A stretch of DNA of 63,551 bases, the filler included. It is 4 parts of 4 records of this genome, joined end to end, with 100 filler letters (N's around TTAATTAATTAA, not from the genome) between each part and the next. Parts side by side here need not be neighbours in the genome. Positions count along the whole stretch, not along the records: positions 44,149 to 63,551 come from SRR20825006_379; 3 more parts are not named here. The stretch is one strand, 5' to 3'. How positions within the stretch are numbered: the stretch's first letter is position 1; each line of letters begins with the position of its first letter. Made by a program: the position numbers and the translations under genes. This document shows, piece after piece, positions 58,282 to 63,551 of the stretch. The notes below the pieces were generated by a model, which saw only the letters and a list, made by a program, of their open reading frames with translations, had not been told where the DNA came from and ran no database searches.

Positions 58282-59196
58282 TTACTCGCGCACAAGCGGT
58301 AAGGTGCTGCATCTTAGCAGGCCTTCTTGTTTTGAAATTTCGGCATACGGTACTTCTTCAACCGTGATCCCTTTACTTCGCAACCAAGTATTCAAACGGG
58401 TAAAATTCTTTTCAGAAACAACCACATCAGGAGCGATTGAAAAAATATTTGAATTCATATGAAACATTTCTTCTGAGGAAATTTCAAAGACATTTTCTGC
58501 ACCAAAAAAGTCAACCAACCACTGGTATTCCTCTTCTTCCAAAAATCCGTTTTTGTGTAGAATAGCGTACTTTTCTCCTACAGGCTGAAAACAGCAATCC
58601 AGGTGCAATGCGTTTTCATAAGGATTAGTATTGGATTTTCTTAGATTGAAAGAAACCACTTTTTTATCAGGAAACTGGTTCTGAAGCGCTTCTACAGCCA
58701 GCATGTTTGTGCGGGCAATAATATAATCTGCATAATCAGGACCGCGATAGACTCCAACGAAAATATAATCTCCGTGCGGCATAACATCGCCACCTTCTAT
58801 ATGCGCCTCTTCTGGAAAGCGTATGATCTTATCCTCATCTATCTGAGTAAGCACGTGTTCAATCGCCTCAATCTCCTGCTCACGATCTGGAAGAATATTT
58901 GCCTTGATAAACGTGTCCTCTATTACAAAACCAATATCTCTAGCAAAAATCTGGTTGTAATCATTTATGAGTTTCGGTCTAAAAACCTGAATTCCGTATT
59001 TATTAAAAACTTCTTCTACCGCATTCATTTCTTCTACCATATCCTCCTCTTTAGGATAGGTGTTTTCTTTGATATGAAGCAGTGACTTAGGGTCGTAAGC
59101 ATCCTCAAGCTTTGGCACTCCGCCATTGCTTAACGCCGTACCCAAAATGACCGCCCTAAGGCGTGAAGTCTCGTCTGTTACATTAAGTTTTATCAT
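58282..59196 (-). CDS. Amidinotransferase/DDAH/arginine deiminase-superfamily protein
   Basis: QIFARD, IEGGD, LHLDC and EGLLRCSTLP motifs. Confidence 0.88.
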   Translation of the reverse strand: MIKLNVTDETSRLRAVILGTALSNGGVPKLEDAYDPKSLLHIKENTYPKEEDMVEEMNAVEEVFNKYGIQVFRPKLINDYNQIFARDIGFVIEDTFIKANILPDREQEIEAIEHVLTQIDEDKIIRFPEEAHIEGGDVMPHGDYIFVGVYRGPDYADYIIARTNMLAVEALQNQFPDKKVVSFNLRKSNTNPYENALHLDCCFQPVGEKYAILHKNGFLEEEEYQWLVDFFGAENVFEISSEEMFHMNSNIFSIAPDVVVSEKNFTRLNTWLRSKGITVEEVPYAEISKQEGLLRCSTLPLVRE

Positions 59197-59214
59197 AGTC
59201 ACAAATATAAAAAC

Positions 59215-59249
59215 AAAAGCGGGTTTCTGATAGCTATCAAAAACCCGCT
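59215..59249 (-). terminator. Terminator after gltA
   Basis: AGCGGGTTT...AAACCCGCT stem with an A tract. Confidence 0.75.
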
Positions 59250-59269
59250 CTGAACTGATTTGTTGTTTT

Positions 59270-60556
59270 CTAACGCTCGTTCATAGGTTTGAACGGACGA
59301 AGTTTTTCTCCTATATAAACCTGACGTGGTCTTCCAATAGGTTCTTTGCGTAAACGCATTTCTCTCCATTGCGCAATCCATCCCGGCACACGGCCCATTG
59401 CAAACATTACGGTAAACATTTCAACAGGAATTCCTAAAGCGCGGTAGATAATTCCTGAATAGAAATCTACGTTAGGATATAATTTTCTTTTTACAAAATA
59501 ATCGTCTTCTAAAGCCTCTTTCTCTAAGCCTTTTGCGATAGCTAAAACTTCATCTTCGATACCCAATTGCTCAAGTACATCGTCTGCAGCTTTCTTAATG
59601 ATCTTAGCTCTTGGATCAAAGTTTTTGTAAACTCGGTGACCAAAGCCCATTAAACGGAACGGATCTTCTTTATCCTTTGCCTTAGCCATATATTTTTTAG
59701 TATCACCACCATCTGCTTTGATGCCTTCTAACATCTCGATAACTGCTTGATTGGCTCCACCGTGAAGTGGTCCCCATAGTGCAGAAATACCTGCGGAAAT
59801 AGAAGCAAACAATCCTGCGTGAGAAGATCCTACAATGCGTACTGTTGAAGTTGAACAGTTTTGCTCGTGATCTGCGTGAAGGATTAAAAGCTTGTCTAAT
59901 GCTTCAATGATTGTAGCATCTACTTTATACTCACTATTAGGTTTTGAGAACATCATTTTATGCAAGTTCTCAACATATGAAAGACTGTCGTCTCCATAAT
60001 CCAGAGGCTTGCTCATTTTGGTACGCATCGTCCACGCCACTAACACCGGAAACTTCCCTAAAAGTTTTACAATAGCGTTATACATATCTTCTTCAGAATC
60101 CACATTTACGGCATCTGGATTAAATGCTGTTAATGCTGAAGTAAGTGATGCTAAAACACCCATAGGATGAGCAGACTTTGGAAAACCATTTAAAATTTTC
60201 TTTACATCTTCATCAACATGATTCTCTTCTTTGATATCATTGTGAAATTTAGTCAGCTGCTCTTCAGTAGGTAACTCTCCAAAAATCAAAAGATATACTA
60301 CTTCTAAAAATGATGCTTTCTCGGCTAAATCTTCAATGGCGTAACCTCGGTATCTTAAAATTCCTTCTTCACCGTTAAGAAAAGTAATCGCACTTTCACA
60401 ACTTCCGGTGTTTTTAAACCCGGGATCAATAGTTGTATAACCACCTGTTACTGCGCGCAAGCTGGCGATATCGATTGCACTTTCATTTTCAGTACCAGTT
60501 ACTATAGGAAACTCATAGGACTTATCACCTATTGTCAGTTTAGCATTATCTGCCAT
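59270..60556 (-). CDS. gltA: Citrate synthase
   Basis: HADHEQNCST, GPLHGGAN, GFGHRVY and YPNVDF motifs. Confidence 0.98.
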   Translation of the reverse strand: MADNAKLTIGDKSYEFPIVTGTENESAIDIASLRAVTGGYTTIDPGFKNTGSCESAITFLNGEEGILRYRGYAIEDLAEKASFLEVVYLLIFGELPTEEQLTKFHNDIKEENHVDEDVKKILNGFPKSAHPMGVLASLTSALTAFNPDAVNVDSEEDMYNAIVKLLGKFPVLVAWTMRTKMSKPLDYGDDSLSYVENLHKMMFSKPNSEYKVDATIIEALDKLLILHADHEQNCSTSTVRIVGSSHAGLFASISAGISALWGPLHGGANQAVIEMLEGIKADGGDTKKYMAKAKDKEDPFRLMGFGHRVYKNFDPRAKIIKKAADDVLEQLGIEDEVLAIAKGLEKEALEDDYFVKRKLYPNVDFYSGIIYRALGIPVEMFTVMFAMGRVPGWIAQWREMRLRKEPIGRPRQVYIGEKLRPFKPMNER

Positions 60557-60668
60557 TTCTTTAATATGTTTTAGCTGATTATCAAAATTTTCAAGAGCTG
60601 CTAAATTACGAAATACAAAGGGATTTCTAAAGAATTTGGGACTTTTGGAAGGTTAAAAAAATGAAAAT

Positions 60669-60860
60669 AAAAAAGGGGTAAATACTATAAAAGTATACTA
60701 CCCCTCACCCAACTTCAAAACTTAGATTTCTTTAGTTTGGTTAAAAAGAGCGAAACATACTTAGTTCAGAATCGCTCTTTCACCCAACTTCAAATTTTCT
60801 GACCTAGTAAACTAGATAATGTTAGGTGACATTAGTCTAATTTTGAAGGTTGGTTGTTCA
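60669..60860 (-). ncRNA. Candidate tandem small RNAs (two seed + terminator units)
   Basis: Exact 15-nt repeat TTTGAAGTTGGGTGA (minus strand) at 60780-60794 and 60705-60719, each directly followed by a different terminator hairpin and U-tract. Confidence 0.55.
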
Positions 60861-61016
60861 ATTTATTTGCGAGGTTAAATTAATAGTTTTTTTCTTACTA
60901 ACATTTCAAATCGAAAAAAAATTACACACTTAATCGTTAAAACCAACCACTTAAGTTATACTTTACAAGTAATAAACCACTACTTTATTTTTTCGCTTTT
61001 TGGGATTTATACGCAT

Positions 61017-61047
61017 AAAAAAAGGGCACTCAAACGAGTACCCTTTT
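61017..61047 (-). terminator. Terminator after eno
   Basis: AAAAGGG(C)ACTC-aaac-GAGT(A)CCCTTTT with an A7 tract. Confidence 0.8.
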
Positions 61048-61063
61048 CTAAAGCTTAAAATGC

Positions 61064-62359
<1,296 letters not shown>

Positions 62360-62529
62360 CTAAATATTGATTAGTTAATATAGTTTGCGCAATATACGGA
62401 ATACTGCCTTATTTAGCCGCTAGCTATGGCGGTTTTACACGATTTTAAAGATTATTTAAAACTTGAGAGCATCTTAAGGATTTTGATAGAAAAACTGCAA
62501 GCCAAGTCATTTTACACCCTGTAAAACAT

Positions 62530-62554
62530 AAAAAATCCCGGACTAGCCGGGATT
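62530..62554 (-). terminator. Terminator after carA
   Basis: AATCCCGG-actag-CCGGGATT with an A tract. Confidence 0.75.
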
Positions 62555-62558
62555 GTAT

Positions 62559-63551
62559 TTATACTGAAACTTGAGACATTCTATCTACAAACTCATCAAA
62601 GAGGTAGGTGGCGTCGTTAGGCCCCGGGCCAGCCTCTGGGTGATACTGCACTGAAAAACAGTTTTTATTTTTCATTTTAAGACCCATAACCGTCTGATCG
62701 TTGAGATGCTTATGCGTAACCTCAATCTCAGGATTATTAATGGCTTCATCATAATTCACAGCAAATCCGTGGTTTTGAGAAGTTATTTCTCCTTTACCGC
62801 TTCCGTGATTTAAAACCGGGTGATTGATGCCGCGATGCCCGTGGTGCATTTTAAAAGTGCTGATTCCATTAGCCAAAGCAATTATTTGGTGCCCTAAACA
62901 AATACCAAATAGTGGCATATCATCATTAATGATCTTTTGAGCAGTTGCAATTACCTCTTTTAAAGGTTCTGGATCTCCAGGACCATTTGAAAGGAAAAAC
63001 CCATCAGGATTCCAAGCTTTCATCTCTTCGTAAGAAGCATTATATGGAAAAACCTTGATATACATATCACGTTTAGCCATATTGCGCAAAATATTTTTCT
63101 TGATCCCTAAATCAATCGCCGCAACCTTGTATTTGGCATTTTCATCGCCAAAATAATAAGGCTCCTTAGTACTTACTTTAGAAGCTAGCTCTAGTCCGTG
63201 CATATTTGGCACTTCAGCAAGTTGCTTTTTGAGTTCGTCTACATTATCTACGTCTGTAGAAATGATCGCGTTCATCGCGCCGTTATCCCTAATGTACGAA
63301 ACTAAAGCACGTGTGTCTACATCAGAAATCACAAACAAATTATTTCTATCAAGGAAAGATTGAAGTGATTCATCTACACGAATACGTGAATAATTGTAAC
63401 TAAAGTTTCGGCAGACAAGCCCTGAAATCTTTACTGTTTCAGATTCGGTTTCCTCGTTATTTCCTCCGTAATTACCAATGTGTGCATTGGTAGTAACCAT
63501 AATCTGACCGAAATAAGACGGATCTGTAAAAATTTCTTGATAGCCGGTCAT
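62559..63551 (-). CDS. carA: Carbamoyl-phosphate synthase small subunit, 5' end outside window
   Basis: MTGYQE..TDPSY, SNGPGDP, GICLGHQ and QYHPE motifs. Confidence 0.97.
   Translation of the reverse strand: MTGYQEIFTDPSYFGQIMVTTNAHIGNYGGNNEETESETVKISGLVCRNFSYNYSRIRVDESLQSFLDRNNLFVISDVDTRALVSYIRDNGAMNAIISTDVDNVDELKKQLAEVPNMHGLELASKVSTKEPYYFGDENAKYKVAAIDLGIKKNILRNMAKRDMYIKVFPYNASYEEMKAWNPDGFFLSNGPGDPEPLKEVIATAQKIINDDMPLFGICLGHQIIALANGISTFKMHHGHRGINHPVLNHGSGKGEITSQNHGFAVNYDEAINNPEIEVTHKHLNDQTVMGLKMKNKNCFSVQYHPEAGPGPNDATYLFDEFVDRMSQVSV

Noticed and set aside
60705-60794. 15-nt direct repeat with 75-nt period as a mini-CRISPR
   Set aside because: Only two short copies, the 'spacers' are terminator hairpins, and there are no cas genes; it is treated as an sRNA candidate instead.

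Overview
This window is not one locus. It is four unrelated contigs joined by three identical 100-nt artificial spacers (N44-TTAATTAATTAA-N44), so gene neighbourhoods across spacers are meaningless. Taxonomic assignments are inferred from composition and protein style. (1) 1-14462, Rhodobacteraceae-like: carD 3' end, RraB-family gene, divergent cobS/cobT, KefB/C-type K+ efflux antiporter, a large PilM/GspL-like + TM + PilP/GspC-like fusion protein, a GT-A-like protein, and fdsR-fdsGBA (NAD-dependent formate dehydrogenase, truncated). (2) 14563-28532, Devosia/Hyphomicrobiales-like: heterodimeric ABC exporter, TauE + LysR, a FatBDCE/CeuEBCD siderophore transporter behind a RirA-type IRO box, a PAS-GGDEF cyclase, and an SDR/D-TA/TIM-barrel catabolic cluster. 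(3) 28633-44048, Thalassospira-like: class I lysS end, an atypical stand-alone proline dehydrogenase homologue, DUF4136 lipoprotein, class IV aminotransferase, a LacI + AfuABC-like + inositol-monophosphatase unit with three perfect operators, a MASE1-CHASE hybrid kinase, an S24/cI-like repressor and YegP. (4) 44149-63551, AT-rich Flavobacteriaceae (Leeuwenhoekiella-like): ffh, an acidic repeat lipoprotein + ECF sigma + FecR + TonB receptor cassette, argS, a decayed toxin-like remnant plus an intact partner gene, SDR, BCCT, two amidinotransferase-family genes, gltA, eno, carA. The most notable signals the ORF track does not explain are: a shared AGGGTAGGGT-N15-TGTCT promoter tying the lipoprotein to the ECF/FecR/TBDR system; a tandem seed + terminator sRNA-like array between eno and gltA; the pseudogenised toxin-like C-terminus; and the operator sets. 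No CRISPR array, tRNA, rRNA or transposase was seen.
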